The notes under the pieces are model-generated. The model did no database searches. It worked only from the letters and a program-made list of their open reading frames with translations, and had not been told where the DNA came from. A stretch of 64,000 nt of DNA from the human T2T-CHM13v2.0 reference genome, Homo sapiens: assembly GCF_009914755.1 (NCBI RefSeq), contig NC_060930.1. One strand, given 5' to 3'. Shown piece after piece: positions 1 to 16,449 of the stretch; position 1 is the first letter of the stretch; every line of letters starts with the position of its first letter. A program made the position numbers and the translations under genes.

Positions 1-793
1 GCGATAAATGGCTGAGGTTCTGAGTGATGGGGGAGGGGCCGGAACAATGAAATGTGAGTTCTGACAGTGCATTTGACCTCATCTGTACCCACAAGCTGGC
101 ATGCCTGGAAGCATTCGTGTTGCAAATAGACACACACCCGTACTTATCACATTACATTACAATCCACAGTTTACATAACTTTCTTCCTCGATACTCTCTG
201 AGCCTCACAAGCATTAAAGACACAGATCATTCATCCTTGTGTCTCAGAATAGAGCACAGGACAGGTAGTAGGTGCTCAGTCAGTGGTGGCCTGTAAATGG
301 ATGAAATACCAAGAGGAATCTCATCACCCAGTCCCCCAATACTAAAACAGTGTTACTACGAAACTCCAACATTAGAAACAAAAATCAACAGCATGCTTCC
401 TGTGGAAACCAGGATTCCCAGAATAACACTATGGCCCAGAAGACCCTGGTCTCTTCAGGTACTGCTGGCAAGTTGCTCTATTTCTCCACTCCTGGCAAAA
501 CAGAGATGCTTTTGAACTTAATAAAATAGACTTTCGGCCAAAAATAGCAAGCAAAATCAGAGAAGCCAAAAAATTAAAAATAAAACATTATTTTCCTTTC
601 TGTGTGCAGGGGACGGCAGAAGGGGCAGGGAAGCATGTTAATTAGCTATTCTGGTGACCACGTATTTAAGTAACAGCCACACTTAACATATGCGTCCAAC
701 CAGCTTCAATTCCATGATCTGAGAGGTGGTGCTCTCCAGAACCGCTTGGGCCAGGAAAAGGTGACTAGAGATTTGATTAAAATGCAGGCCCAT

Positions 794-1151
<358 letters not shown>

Positions 1152-2331
1152 TCACATGGAAGCCCACAGAGCCACCAATTAGATCTGCTGCCCAAACTCC
1201 ACAAAAGCAAAGTTTGAAGAGACAGTGAGGAGGAAATAGCCCAAAGAGGCCACTCCTTCCTGCAGAGGTCAACCAGCTGCTCTGAATTAAGAACTCTCAA
1301 GTCACTGACACAACGCAATATGACACCTTTCCAGCTGATGGAGTGCAGAGCAATTTTAGTGTGGATGCAGAGGCTTCTCCCTGGTGGGGTTGCCCGGCAG
1401 GGGTCACAACCCAGAATAATCCCATTAAGTTCCAGCTGCTGCACCCCATCCCCTGTAATTTACGGTCATGTCAGGGCCTTACCCTTACCAGTGCAACCAA
1501 ATTTAAACCCACTCTTGGTGATGATTCTGCGATTCTGTGTGAGCGCAGCCTGGGGGTAGGAGGAAGGAGGGAGCAGCGGCTTAAAGAGATGCTTTCATTT
1601 ATGATCCAAGATCTGAGTTGTCCTTCCCCCTACCCTTTTTCTTCTGCCAGAGACACTGATTTTTTTAACTGCTCTGAAAGAGGTCCACACTTTAGAGCTC
1701 CATCGTCTTTGGCTCCTCCCACTATTGATGAGAAAGAACAGAATTGACTCCCAGACCCAGGCAGGCAACTTTTCCAGCATTGCGGCCTCAGCCGGCTACC
1801 AGGATCGGAGGGAGCTCTTTGTAGGCTCTGGAGAGAATTGTTTTCAAAGCCAAACATAAGGAATATCAATTATAATGTTTAAAAGAATTTCAAAACAAGT
1901 GTTTGGCATTCCAGCTTACTTTTCTAGTCTCCACACTTGAGGAAAAAAAAAAATCTTGTATTTCCAAACACTAAATTATGTGGCTTTTGACTTTGAAAAT
2001 GGCCTGGTGATATTATTTCTTAGGATCTATGTGGTACAGCAAATGGTGTATCTGCCCATCACAACTACTCTAAAAGATTCAAGAGTCGCTCAATATTAAG
2101 CTGAGATGAGACAAAGATAAGACATGAAAATCAATTTCAGGTCTAACTGAGACTGGCTTAATAAGACTGATATGGTACAAAAGCATACGAATTTTTCACT
2201 CCCCTACTAAGAACATATTTTCCAACACGAATCCTGCCTTCCAGGACAATCCAGCCCAGTCTGAAATAATGCATGTGTAAAAAGGAATGGAATAGGAAAC
2301 AGAGACAAGTGAAGGTGGCTATAGAAGTTCA

Positions 2332-2646
<315 letters not shown>

Positions 2647-3752
2647 TCAGAAGACAGAAGTGCTTCTGGATGGAGAGAGGGAGATGGACAGGAAGCTGCT
2701 CTATTTGCAAGAACAACTGAGAAGCTTCATGGGAAAGGGAAATGGAGCTGTCTATTTGGACACTTACAACTGATGCCTTTATGAAGCTCCTCAGACAGCC
2801 GTACGGGGTCAACACACTTAAAGAGCCAGCAGAGCCCTGGATGAGAAACTTCCCGGCCAGCTCCCTCTGGACCACAGCCATCTTCCTAAGAAGGCGGAGA
2901 TGAGCTAAAAACTGAGTCAGTCGAAGCTCTATCACTGTCCCATTGCAGGCTGTGACCTGGTGTGGGGGAAAGAATTGTAATCCCCACCCACTCACCCTAA
3001 CCCAGAGCCTGATGGAGAGGAACAGGATAAAAGTCACACAGGTTCCTCATTCATGAGGCCTTCTGGAGGCAGACAGAATCCCAACTATAGTGGCCAGACC
3101 AACAGTGTGGGGTCTGTTGTGGGGAGCTGCGGTGGTGCCTCCATTGCCATCACAGCCATTTTCAAACACTAAGCGACTCCCTGTTGGTCCCCACCCAGAG
3201 GGAAAGCCCGGCAGGACTAGAGAGATCCAGCAGGGCTGGGGGAGAGTCAGGGGGCTGCTGCGGTTCCTGTGACTGGGACAGTTTGACACAGTGGGACCAG
3301 GATGGCTCGGAGAAACTCACTACCCTACTAAGGGCTGTAAGAGGACATGGCATTCAGGCTGGGCCTCAAGGAGGAGAGTGTGAACATCTGGATGAAAGAG
3401 AGGCATGCACCCAAAGGTTTCACACAAAGGCATTCAGTGATGAAAATAAAATATAGAAGAAGAAAAGGTGCATTTCCAGGAATGAAAACCGGATAGAGCA
3501 CAGACCCACATAAGCATGCACATTGTTTTTTGCCTTCTTTCTTGCAACTTTTCCATATCTTATATCAGCTCAGGGACAGAGCCATGAGCTCCCTCCAAAT
3601 TTTTCCACATCCCAGCTCTCTGTGGTTCATTCATCGTAATGTTTTTTTAAGTCATGATGTGCTTAAGATATTAGGAATGAATGGAGCTGCACTCACCTGC
3701 CCCTGCTGACTGCTTGTTACTGCATCTATCCTGCTCATTGTTCTAATTCTAC

Positions 3753-3999
3753 TTATTTTTATTTTTTTGAGAGAGTCTCACTCTGTCTCCCAGGCTGGAG
3801 TGCAATAAGGCTCACTGCAACCCCTGCCTCCCAGGTTCAAGTGATTCTCCTGCCTCAGCCTCCTGAGTAGCTGGGATTACAGGTACCCGCCACCATGCCT
3901 GGCTAACTTTTTTTTTTTGTATTTTTAGTAGAAATGGGGTTTCGCCATGTTTGCCAGGCTGGGCTCGAACTCCTGACCTCAAGTGATCTGCCCACCTCG
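3753..3999 (-). mobile_element. Alu SINE, 5'-truncated
   Basis: Reverse-complement Alu (T tail, CCAGGCTGGAGTGCA, CTCCTGACCTCAAGTGATC), ends before the Alu 5' end. Confidence 0.95.
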
Positions 4000-4235
4000 A
4001 TTGTTGTAATTGTAAATTCCCCACCACACACACTCACGTTTCATTTCTCCCTCCTCTGACATTAGTTCGCCTGACTTACGGAAGTCAGGGGACTTATCTC
4101 CTGACAAGGCTAGGTGATGACTTAGGAGAAGGAGGATCATGGGTCTCTGGCCTGAAGTAAGAGCTTCCCTCTGGGATAAGGCAGGAGTTGGAGGCTGCAG
4201 GTGCGAGGAAGGAAGCCAAGGTCAATGTCACATCT

Positions 4236-4357
4236 CACTATTCAGAGTGTGGTCTGGGGCCAGCAGCATCGGCATCATCTGGGGGTTTGTTAAAGATGCA
4301 GCATCTCAGGCCCAGCTCTAGAGCAACCGAATCAGAATATGCATTTGAAGAACATCC
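4236..4357. mobile_element. MER5A/MER5A1-like hAT-Charlie relic
   Basis: AGTGTGGTC...CAGCAGCATCGGCATCATCTGGG...AATCAGAATATGCATTT resembles the MER5A1 consensus. Confidence 0.75.
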
Positions 4358-4409
4358 TAGCAAACAGATCTCCAGTCGCATTTGAAGAACATCCTAGCAA
4401 ACAGATCTC
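4341..4409. repeat. Perfect 32-bp direct repeat, two copies, 5-bp spacer
   Basis: GCATTTGAAGAACATCCTAGCAAACAGATCTC at 4341-4372 and 4378-4409. Confidence 0.97.
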
Positions 4410-4496
4410 ATTGGTATTAGCTAATATCTACGATACTATCTGTATTATCTAACAGATAACCGACAAGCACTGCACATTGAGGTGTCTCTCTACCTA

Positions 4497-4680
4497 TGTC
4501 ATCTCTTTTAATCCTCAGAACAACCTGACACAGACAGTCTGACCCTCCTTTTTACAGAAAAGCAACCGTGGCTCAGAGAGGTTAACTTATTTGCCCAAGA
4601 CCACACAGCTACCTTTCAGCAAAACATAGAGTTTAGCTGAATCTGGCTGATTCCAAAGTCACTGTCTTTTCCACCACATA
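4497..4680 (-). mobile_element. MIR SINE relic
   Basis: ATCCTCAGAACAACC...TTTTACAGA...GGCTCAGAGAGGTTAA...TTGCCCAAGACCACACAGCT matches the MIR core in reverse. Confidence 0.8.
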
Positions 4681-5063
4681 TCTGAAGTCCAGTGCTGAGT
4701 GGAGAAAAGAAAATTCTAGCAATAAGCCCTCACCACCCAGCAAGTCAGTGATGTCAGTCAGTATCCTGACTGAACAAATGCATGCAGACAGGCAGTTATC
4801 TGAATATTTGTCAGCAAGTTACAAGCCCAGTGGGTTGGGAACCCGGAGTGAGGATCCATTTCTGAAGGCCACAGGAGGACTGCCACGAACCAGGCTGCAC
4901 CCCTGTCCTAGGGCATCTGTAACACTGAGCAGGGACCCCAGGAACAGGCAGACCTGACCAGCCCCACACTGGGAGAAACGCTCCAGACCAGCAGCCAGTT
5001 CTGAACCCGATGTAGCGGACAAGTCCAGGGCTGCATGCCAGATGGCAGAGCAACAAATTGCAG

Positions 5064-5201
5064 TTTCTTTTTTTTTTTTCAGAGGGAGACAGGGTCTTAC
5101 TATGTTGCCCAGCCTGGTCTTGAATTCCTGGGCTCAAGCAATCATCCCGCCTCAACCTCTCAATGTACTGGGTTTACAGGTGTCAACCACCACACCTGGC
5201 C
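5064..5201 (-). mobile_element. FLAM / Alu left monomer
   Basis: Single reverse Alu arm with T tail. Confidence 0.9.
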
Positions 5202-6403
5202 TAAGTTAAAGTTTCTTAAATCCTTCCCACCTAAAACCAAACCTGGGCTTGGGGGAAAGAAGCAGCTGTAAGAAGACCATCCTGAGGACAGGATACTGAC
5301 TAAAGTCATTGCCTTGCTGGGTAGTGAGGGGTTTGCAATGTCATGAGCAGCTTTTGCTATGTGGTGAGCAACTGTCCCGGCATCTGCCGTCACGGGCTGG
5401 GAAGACCAGGTAAGAGTTGACATGCCCTGCTAGAGATGAACCCAAGGTGCTGTGGGCGGCCCCACCCAATATATTCTCCATGGAACCCAAGAGCCTTGTC
5501 AAGTTACTGCAAATGCACAGTCTTAGTTTCAAATCAAGGCCCTCCATCCATAACTGCTTGTTTCAAGGGAAGGTCGCTGCCAAACTATTTCTTCATTTCT
5601 AATAGGCACCTAGAAAGCAACAGAGGGATGGTAGAAAGCCACATGACAGCCATTTGGCAAAGCTTTTCAGAATTGCTTTTCTATTTTTCTGTTTTGTAGG
5701 CTCTGGGGTTCCATTGAGACTTCTACAGTCAAGCAAGGATCCCATTTCTTAACATTTTGCAAGCCTTTTTTACAAATGCCAAAAAACATGCCTAGGGCAG
5801 AGCCATGGACTTTCTGAGCTCTGTTTACTAAACCACAGATTGTGACAGCCCCAGAGCTGGTTGTTCCCATCCAATCTGTCCTTCACATTGTTACCAAATC
5901 TGGCTTCTTAAATCAGGCCTGTCACCCTGTTGTTCCCTTGCTGAAGGACTTCTATCACTGGTGGGAGCAAGTCCAACCTCGGATTTGCATTGGCACCCCT
6001 TCATCAGCAGGCCTGCTTCACCCCTGAAGCTTGGTACGTACTGTCCATCCCCCAGGGCAGGGAGTAGCCAAGCCCAGTTCCTTCGTGCCACTGGGCCTTC
6101 CTACCGCAGTTGTTTCTACCAACTGTGCTCCCTTAGGCAGCATGGTGGTGAAACCAAGCCAAGGCCAGAGTCATATGGCAACAGCCCCACAAACTATGTG
6201 TCCTCTGCCCAGCTGCAGGTGTCGCACAGAGGTTAGGTGAAGTGGCGTGCTGATAAAAGTTTAATAAGTGGCTCTCCAGGAGAGAAAATGTGTGCATATG
6301 TAGATGTAAACACATAGGTTTATTATAAACTTTACTGCTATATGATACACACAATCTGGTAAATTCCATATAGCCAATTGTTTCTTATGTATGCTTTCAT
6401 TGA

Positions 6404-6552
6404 TTTTTATTTTACTTATTTTTATTTTTAAATATAATAACCAGAGACAGGGTCTCACTATGTTGCCCAGGCTGGTCTCGAACTCCTGCCCCATCCTCCT
6501 GCCTCAGCCTCTCAGAGTGCTGTGATTACAGGCATGAGTCACCACACCCAGC
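6404..6552 (-). mobile_element. FLAM / Alu monomer
   Basis: Reverse monomer; TSD CTTTCATTGATTTTT / CTTCCATTGATTTTT. Confidence 0.9.
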
Positions 6553-6883
6553 AACTTCCATTGATTTTTGACAAACTCTCTTCTCTGTAGCCAACCAGTG
6601 TGGCAACTGATGAACAAGTATAGTTCTGGGATGGCTGTTGGTTGCTATTTTCATTTATGTAAACAACAGGAAAGTGAAACAACTAAGATCTGTGTCAGAA
6701 TTCCACTCATTCGTCAATGATAGGAACAACTCCTTTACAGAATCAGATACAGTTGTCAAAGACTGGAGGAAGATTTTCTCAAATTTTTTTGTGTCATTCA
6801 CAAAGTAATGGCTATTGATAGGCAGACTTTAAAGTTTTATCTGTATGTTTAATATTATCTCCCTCACTTCCTTAAGTCTAGAC

Positions 6884-7105
6884 CAAGGGTTCCATAAAAT
6901 TTGACTCTTACGAGCCAGATAGTAAATATTAACTTTGTGAGCTATTCGGTCTCTGTCACAACTACTCAACGGGGCCATTGTAGTGCCAAATCAGCCGTCG
7001 ACAACAGGAACACAAAAGAGCGTCCCTGCTATGTCCCAATAAAACTTTTTATGAAAGCAAGTGGGGGCCCAGATTTGGCCCACAGGCTGTAGTTCCCAAC
7101 CCCTT
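6884..7105. mobile_element. MER58A hAT-Charlie MITE
   Basis: GCCAGATAGTAAATATT, CAACTACTCAAC, CCAATAAAACTTT, GATTTGGCCCACAGGCTGTAGTT; perfect 8-bp TSD GTCTAGAC at 6876-6883 and 7106-7113. Confidence 0.92.
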
Positions 7106-7268
7106 GTCTAGACAACCAATGAGACAATAAATCCAGCCTGATTTGTAGCGTTTGTTTACAAATCAGTTGCTGTGGCTATTTCAAGCTAACAATGCAAAGT
7201 CACTGCACGAGGAGTATGGGGAGGTGGTGTTCACCAGCTTGTAGAAATCTAATGTCATATTTCTACTG

Positions 7269-7735
7269 GTGTGAGTTTCCTAGGGCTGCCATCACAAGGT
7301 GCCACAAACCAAGTGCCTCAAACAACAGAAATTCATTGTTCCACGGTTCAGGAGACTGCAAGTCCAAGTTGAAGGTGTGGGCAAGGGGGGCTCCTTCTGT
7401 GAGCCCCGAGGGAAAATCTGTTCCCTGTGTCTCTCCCAGCTCCTGATGGTTTGCTGCCGTGTTGGGCGATTCTTGGCTTCTGCTGCATCGCCCCAATCTC
7501 TGCCTTCATCTTCACGTGACATCCTCCCTGCGTGCATATTTCTCTGTGCCCAAACTTCCTCTTTTTATAAGGACACCAGTAATATTGGACTAGGGCCCCA
7601 CCCTAATGACCTCATCTGAACTAATTACATCTTCAACAACCCTCTTTCCAGATAAGGTCACGTTCTGAGATACTGGGGGTTAGGACTTCAACATATGAAT
7701 TTGTGGAGGGAGGGAACACAAATGAACCCATAAGA
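7269..7735 (-). mobile_element. MaLR solo LTR (MLT1B/C-like)
   Basis: AGTTTCCTAGGGCTGCC...ATAAGGTCACGTTCTGAGATACTGGGGGTTAGGACTTCAACATATGAATTT, reverse of the MLT1B/C consensus. Confidence 0.88.
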
Positions 7736-7793
7736 CCACCGTACAGTGACAATAGTCATAAAGAGCTTCTAGAGCATAGATAATAAAAAATAG

Positions 7794-8063
<270 letters not shown>

Positions 8064-8073
8064 TAGCTAAACA

Positions 8074-8380
<307 letters not shown>

Positions 8381-8469
8381 ACAGCAAAACACCTGGGAAG
8401 TGATGACTTTTGAGTATTTATTATATTTACTTTAATCTAATTTATTTAGTTGTAAGTTCACTTATTTAG

Positions 8470-8844
<375 letters not shown>

Positions 8845-8985
8845 TAATTTATAATAATAGGTGTGTTTAACAACTGGCTCACAAAATTCTAATCAACTCT
8901 CTTAAGCCAAAATGCGTTGCCTTCAGCACACCCCTGGTTTAAGGGGATATGTGCTACAGCAGAGCTCCCCAGGGAAGTAGGGTCC

Positions 8986-9339
8986 TGATATAGTTTGGCT
9001 GTGCCCCTACCCAAATCTCAACTTGAATTGTATCTCCCAGAATTCCCACATGTTGTGGGAGGGACCCAGGGGGAGGTAATTGAATCATGGGGGCTGGTCT
9101 TTCCCATGCTATTCTTGTGACAGTGAATAAGTCTCACGAAATCTGACAGGTTTATCAGGGGTTTCCACTTTTGCTTCTTCCTCATTTTCTCTTGCCGCTG
9201 CCATATAAGAGGTGCCTTTCACCTCCCGTCATGATTCTGAGGCCTCCTCAGCCATGTGGAACTGTAAATCCAATTAAACCTCTTTTTCTTCCCAGTCGCG
9301 GGCATGTCTTTATCAGCAGCATGAAAACAAACTAATACA
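8986..9339 (+). mobile_element. THE1A-like MaLR solo LTR
   Basis: TGATATAGTTTGGCTGTG...ACTAATACA with TG/CA ends; TSD GGTCC / CGTCC; THE1A-type GGTTTATCAGGGGTTTCC. Confidence 0.92.
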
Positions 9340-10157
9340 CGTCCCCCCCAGGGGCCGGAGACAAGAGGAACCAACCCATGGTCCTGAATTCCTCCCCTCC
9401 CGTGGGATCACTGTGAGGCAAGATGTGTCCATCTCACCCAGTTTCCCCACCCTTCTGGCCCGCTGCAGTTACCTGAGAGCCTCCATCTCACTGGGCCAAA
9501 CTTAATTCTGCTGCTCCAAAGAAAAGGTGACAATTTCTTTTTGTGCTAAGCAGGAGGATATCAGGCTTCACACCAGAGCCCATCCTTACTCATTGTTCTC
9601 TGGTTCTCAGTCTCCCTCCAAGGCCAAGTAGAACCCTTAGATCTCCTAGTATCTTCTTCAATAAAGCCAATCCACACAAGTCTATGCCTTCACTGAATTC
9701 CTATACAATCTATTCCCATATGGCATCATATTATCCTCTAGATGACTTCTGCATGAATCTCCTCTGTCTCTACTAAATTTATAAAATATTTGGAAAGACA
9801 GGCTGTGTTCTTTGCTATCTCTTTCTGTCCAGCCCAAAACTAGCCAGATAAAACCAGGGGTTTAATAAATGCTTGTTGTTTGCATAGAGAATAGCAAATA
9901 GTAATCAAAAGCAATTTTGTCCTAGGTCCAGGTTAGAAAGAATCAGGCTTTGTTCCAGAGGAGGGCCAAAGTAAAACTCAAGTATAGTAATCATTTCTGC
10001 TCACAAGTTTTAGCATGTCTGAAAAGGAAAGAACGGCTCAGACCAAGAAGCAGGCTCAGCGAGGATGGCTTCTCCGTGTCCTCTAACTGTGCCTCATGGG
10101 GATATGCCGAAGGTGGGGACAATGGCCAGCAGCCCATGAAGAATAAGGAATCCCCTG

Positions 10158-10612
10158 TGTGTTAGTTAGGCTAATGCTGTCTGTCATAACGAGCACACTC
10201 CAAATTCTCAGGGGCTTCACAAGATACAGAGTTATTTAATTTTGCTCACATCAATGGTAGAGACTGGTGGTTGGGGATGGAGGGAAGGAGGAGAATGGGG
10301 GAAGGGAAACTCAGTTCACACAACCATGGTAAACACACCTGACAGAAGCTATGCCATCTTCCACACATGGTCCCCATGCCCTGGCCCTGGGGGCTGAGGT
10401 CAGTTGGCATTCCTGGAAAGAGAAAACATGTACAGGATCCTGTAGGAAAGTTCTGGGGCCAGGACTAGAGGCGGCGTCATCATTTCTGCCCACATTCCAT
10501 TGACTGGAACTCACTTTCATGGCCCTACCTGGATCTAGATGGGCTGAGAAAGCAACAACTTTACTGTGGGAAGGGAGCACAAATCACCAACGGCAGCTGT
10601 CCTCTCTGCCAC
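10158..10612 (-). mobile_element. Old MaLR LTR (MLT1J/K-like)
   Basis: TGTTAGTTAGGCTAATGCTG...CTCAGGGGCTTCACAAG...TTTCTGCCCACATTCCATTG, diverged. Confidence 0.6.
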
Positions 10613-10938
10613 TTCCCAGGTCCAAGAAAAAAACCAACAATGGGACTTCCTGGCTTTGATCCTCCCTCTTCTCCTCAGGAAGGTCCATGCCTCCATGCCA
10701 AAACAACCTATGCCACCATGCAAAGCAACGATTTTGTCACTCAGTAAGCCCTACCTCCCATGCCTAACATCCAGATTCCAGACCTTAAAATCCTTGCTAT
10801 CCCTTCTCTTGTAAAGGTTCCCTTTTCTGCATCTAAGCCCCAAGCTACGTAACCTTCCTTTATCTGCACCTGCATCACAAAGCCTAGGTCTTCCATATAA
10901 ATGAGTCTGGCCAGGACTTCCCATAATCCCCAACAAGG

Positions 10939-11353
10939 TGTCTTAGTCCCTTTGCATCACTATACAGGAATACTGAGGCTGGGTAATTTAGAAAGAAAAG
11001 AGGTTTATTTGCCTCACGGTTCTGCCAACTGCACAAGAAGCACGGTGTTAGCATCTGCTTCTGGTGAGGACCTCAGGAAGTTTCTACTCATGGCAGAAGA
11101 CAAACGGGGACTAGCAATGCATGGCAAGAGACAAAGGAAGAGAGAAGGGAGGAAATGCCAGGCTATTTCTAATAACCAGATCTCCTGGGAACTAACAGAG
11201 CAAAAATTCACTCAATACCAGGAGAACAGCATCAAGCCATTCATGAGAGACTTGCCCCCATGACCTAAACACCTTCTACCAGGCCCCATCTCCAACATCA
11301 GACATCAAATTTTAACTTGAGATTTGGAAGGGACAGACATCCAGATTATATCA
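10939..11353 (-). mobile_element. MSTB-like MaLR solo LTR
   Basis: TGTCTTAGTCC...ATTATATCA; perfect 5-bp TSD CAAGG at 10934-10938 and 11354-11358. Confidence 0.92.
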
Positions 11354-11775
11354 CAAGGATAAACCAAGTCAGAAGCTTAATCCACCCTGCTGTGTAGAAT
11401 TTGTCTTGGGCATTCAAAAAGGGTGGATAGTTAAACTCTAGCAGAGTTGTAAATCATTCACAAGAATTGTTCTAAGCCAGGGAAGAATATCACTTGGCTG
11501 GAAAAGTTCAGTCAATACATGAGAATGGACCTGATATCTCAAATTCCTTTCAGCTCTGAGGGAGTCCAGTTCCAGTTGCTATGTCCTAGTTCTATGTGGC
11601 TAGAACATCCTTCAGTTGCTCTGTTCAAGTGAAGTGGCTAAAGTCCTACTTGTCATGTGGTCTTCTGCCTTCAAATGGTTCTCAGTTGCACCGAGTGGGA
11701 AGCAAACAACATCACTAAGGTTGGCAGTCATTTTTGTGTTTCGGTAGGCTCAGTCTCTAAAGAATGCTCAGGAAC

Positions 11776-12096
<321 letters not shown>

Positions 12097-12635
12097 CTAT
12101 AGACTCAGAATACAGACTCAGAGATGCCAAAAGCTGTAGGATATTTAAGGGCATTCTCCAAGCTTCTGTATCTCAGAAAGGGACACAGGGATACCCAGTT
12201 TTGATTTTCTAGACTCGGGTAGAAATTTGACTGTTTTCAGTCTGGAAATCTACTGCAAGTAGCCATTGTTTGACTTCGAAACATGTGCCACTATGAGTTA
12301 CCAGAAATGCCACACTCTGAAATTTTTTATTTGTTTATGAGCCATGAAATGACAGTTAGAAAAACAGCTAAAGTGGGGTGAACACATCCATAGAGTAAGT
12401 TCCCCAAAAAATGCCAAGTTAGAAGATAAAAGATCCAGAGCATAACTCAGACTGATACATGAAATGAGAGGAGAGAGAAAATAAAATACTAAACTTAAAG
12501 ACAGCATTCGTATGTGGAAACAAGTGGAGCTGAATTGAGACAACTATTGTGTCATGGCCCTTGAAGGAAAACAGCAAATAAAAAGAAATACTCTCACACC
12601 ACCTAAAACAAATTTACATGATGTTAAGAATGTTG

Positions 12636-12952
<317 letters not shown>

Positions 12953-13749
12953 TTAACCCTGGGATTTAGAAACTTGAATATATTTGAATTAATTTTACAG
13001 TAGAAGGGGAAAAATAAAAAAATGGAATGAGGAAGCTTTATAAGAAAAAGATACCAATTTTAAAGCTGTTCTATTTAGCAAAAGAAGTGATGGAATACTA
13101 ACAACCCATAAAAAGTGGATGGATCATCCAGGTCCTTGGGAAAGCAGAGATGAGACATTTATTAGCTGAACAGTACACAGCAGCCTTAGATGAGACCACG
13201 GGGTGGGTGACAAATGGCCTCCCTTCTGAAAGACTCTCCTCTTTTTTCCCAGGAGAATACCCAAAGTAAAACGTACGCCTTGGGCATCTGAAAAGATGGT
13301 GAAATGTAAAGCCTCCTACTACGGCTTTAATCACGTAAAGCTCCCAAAATAAAACCTAAAGGGGAAAAACACAAGTCAAGCAACTTAACATTCAGCCTAT
13401 GTTTAAGAAATAAAACCAAATAAAATAAGAAGTAAAACTCCATACTCCAAGGTGTGCATCTGGGACAATCTATATTGTGAAAGCCAGACTGTAATGGAAA
13501 CTGCAAATGTCATTAGCTGCAGAGCTGCCAGCAGACCCTGCCACAGCAATGGCCATGCAGCCACACCCCACCAAGGGTCCCCGGAGGGCCCATTGATGGG
13601 ATTCTCACAAGACACTGTACCCTTGATTGGACTAACTATGAATAGTTATTCCCTTCAAAGAAGAGGAGAGTTTAAGAAAAGAGGGTTCTGCTCCTTGACT
13701 TATGACAGAATCTTTTCTATATTGGAGAAGGAGAGCAAGAGCACACTGC

Positions 13750-14172
13750 CATGGTGGTCACCCTGGATGGCCTCCAATAACCTACTTCTTTTCATAGTCA
13801 CCACCTTGTGTAGATCCCTCCCACACTGACTCTGGGCTTGGCCACATGACTTGCCTTGGCCAGTGAAACTTGGCAAGAATGACACAAGCAGAGGCTTATC
13901 CTTCTGGAATGCTTGTTTTTAGAGGCCTGGGCCACCAAGTGAAGAGGTCTCTCTATCCTACTGGTAAGTCCACGTGGAGTGACAAACACATAACAGCAAC
14001 CAGCTCTTCCAGCATCCCGGAGGCGGCACCAGACATTTGTTGAGTGAAACCCGTGGAACAGAATAGCTACTCAGCTGTGCTCAGCCCAGATAGCAGAGGT
14101 GGGGGAAATCATAATTTGTGATTGTTAAGCTACTTTGTTTGGGGTAGTGTATGATGCAGCAATCAATAACAG
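13750..14172 (+). mobile_element. MaLR LTR (MLT1F/G/H-like)
   Basis: CCCTCCCACACTGACTCTGGGCTTGGCCACATGACTTGCCTTGGCCA...TTAAGCTACTTTGTTTGGGGTAGT...GCAGCAAT. Confidence 0.7.
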
Positions 14173-14329
14173 GTTTTGTATTTACCAATGAGAGGACTTC
14201 TTGTCAAATGCTTTGACTGTGGAGATCAGTTGGACTTTAGTGCAAAACTCATAACCACTATTGACTAGGAGTGTGATTTGGGGTTGTTTATTTAACCTCT
14301 CTTCATCTTTTTAATGATAAAGTGGGTTT

Positions 14330-15122
<793 letters not shown>

Positions 15123-15715
15123 CTGGTCGCCTACTGTTTTAACTGCCACACACCCCTTTCTTCTTCTGGAAACACTACTTCCCTTCTTTGGGGGAACTGT
15201 TCCTCCCCCCACCACCACACACACGCGCACACACATACACAGTTCTAAAGGAGGCTGCAAATTAAAGCCGGCCCCAACATCCCTTCTCAACCCACAGGGG
15301 AAAATATAAGGCCCAACAGACATATCAGAGCCTTTCCCTGCATTTTAGGGACTGAAGGAAGACAGATGATCCCTCTCTGGTAGTGAAACCAAGAGCCGCC
15401 TACAGCCCTACTTCCAGCTTTGTGATAAAAGCCAACTGAGAGACTGAGAGGAGAATCCTAGAACATTTAAAACCCTGGTTCCAAGTGATCTTGAGGCCAT
15501 CTGCCACCTTGAACCTTCGGTGAACTGGCTGTGTGCACCAGTGAATCCCCCCACTTCTCATCCCTGCATCTTTCTTGGGTGGGTTTCTTCCCTTTCTTTG
15601 ACCAGGAGTCCTGATCCTACCTTTCTGACCTGAAGCAGACACCCAGAAGCTTCCCAAAGACAAGTCACAGAACCCTCTAGGCTGCCTTGTGCTCATCTTT
15701 GAAGTGAAGGGGTTG

Positions 15716-16017
<302 letters not shown>

Positions 16018-16091
16018 GTGAAGAGGTTGGATGAAACTTTGTCTGGAGTGCCCCTTGGCTTTATTCTGGGCCTGAAGCCCTCCCAGACTGC

Positions 16092-16449
16092 TGCTATGGT
16101 TTGAGTATTTATGTCCCCCTGAAATTCATATGTTGAAATCTTAACCCCCAAGGTGATGGTACTGGGAGGTAAGACCTTTGGGAGGTGATTAGGTCAGGAG
16201 GGTAGTACCCTCATGAATGGAATTATTGCCCTTATAAAAGAGACCCAAGGGAACCCATTCATTTCTTCTGTCATGTGAGGACACAGCAAGGTACCATCTA
16301 TGAACAAGGAAATAGTCCCTTACCAGACACTAAATCTACCAGCACCTTGATCTTGGAATTCTCAGCCTCCAGAACTATGAGAAATAAATTTCTATTATTT
16401 ATAGGCAGTTTATGATATTTTGTTATAGCAGCCTGAATGAAGTAAGACA
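16092..16449 (+). mobile_element. MLT1A/MLT1A0-like MaLR solo LTR
   Basis: TGCTATGGTTTGA...CAGCCTCCAGAACTATGAGAAATAAATTTC...TAAGACA. Confidence 0.9.

Noticed and set aside
13235-13460. Strong + strand acceptor CTCTCCTCTTTTTTCCCAG|G at 13252
   Set aside because: Only weak donors follow, and isolated acceptors are common by chance.
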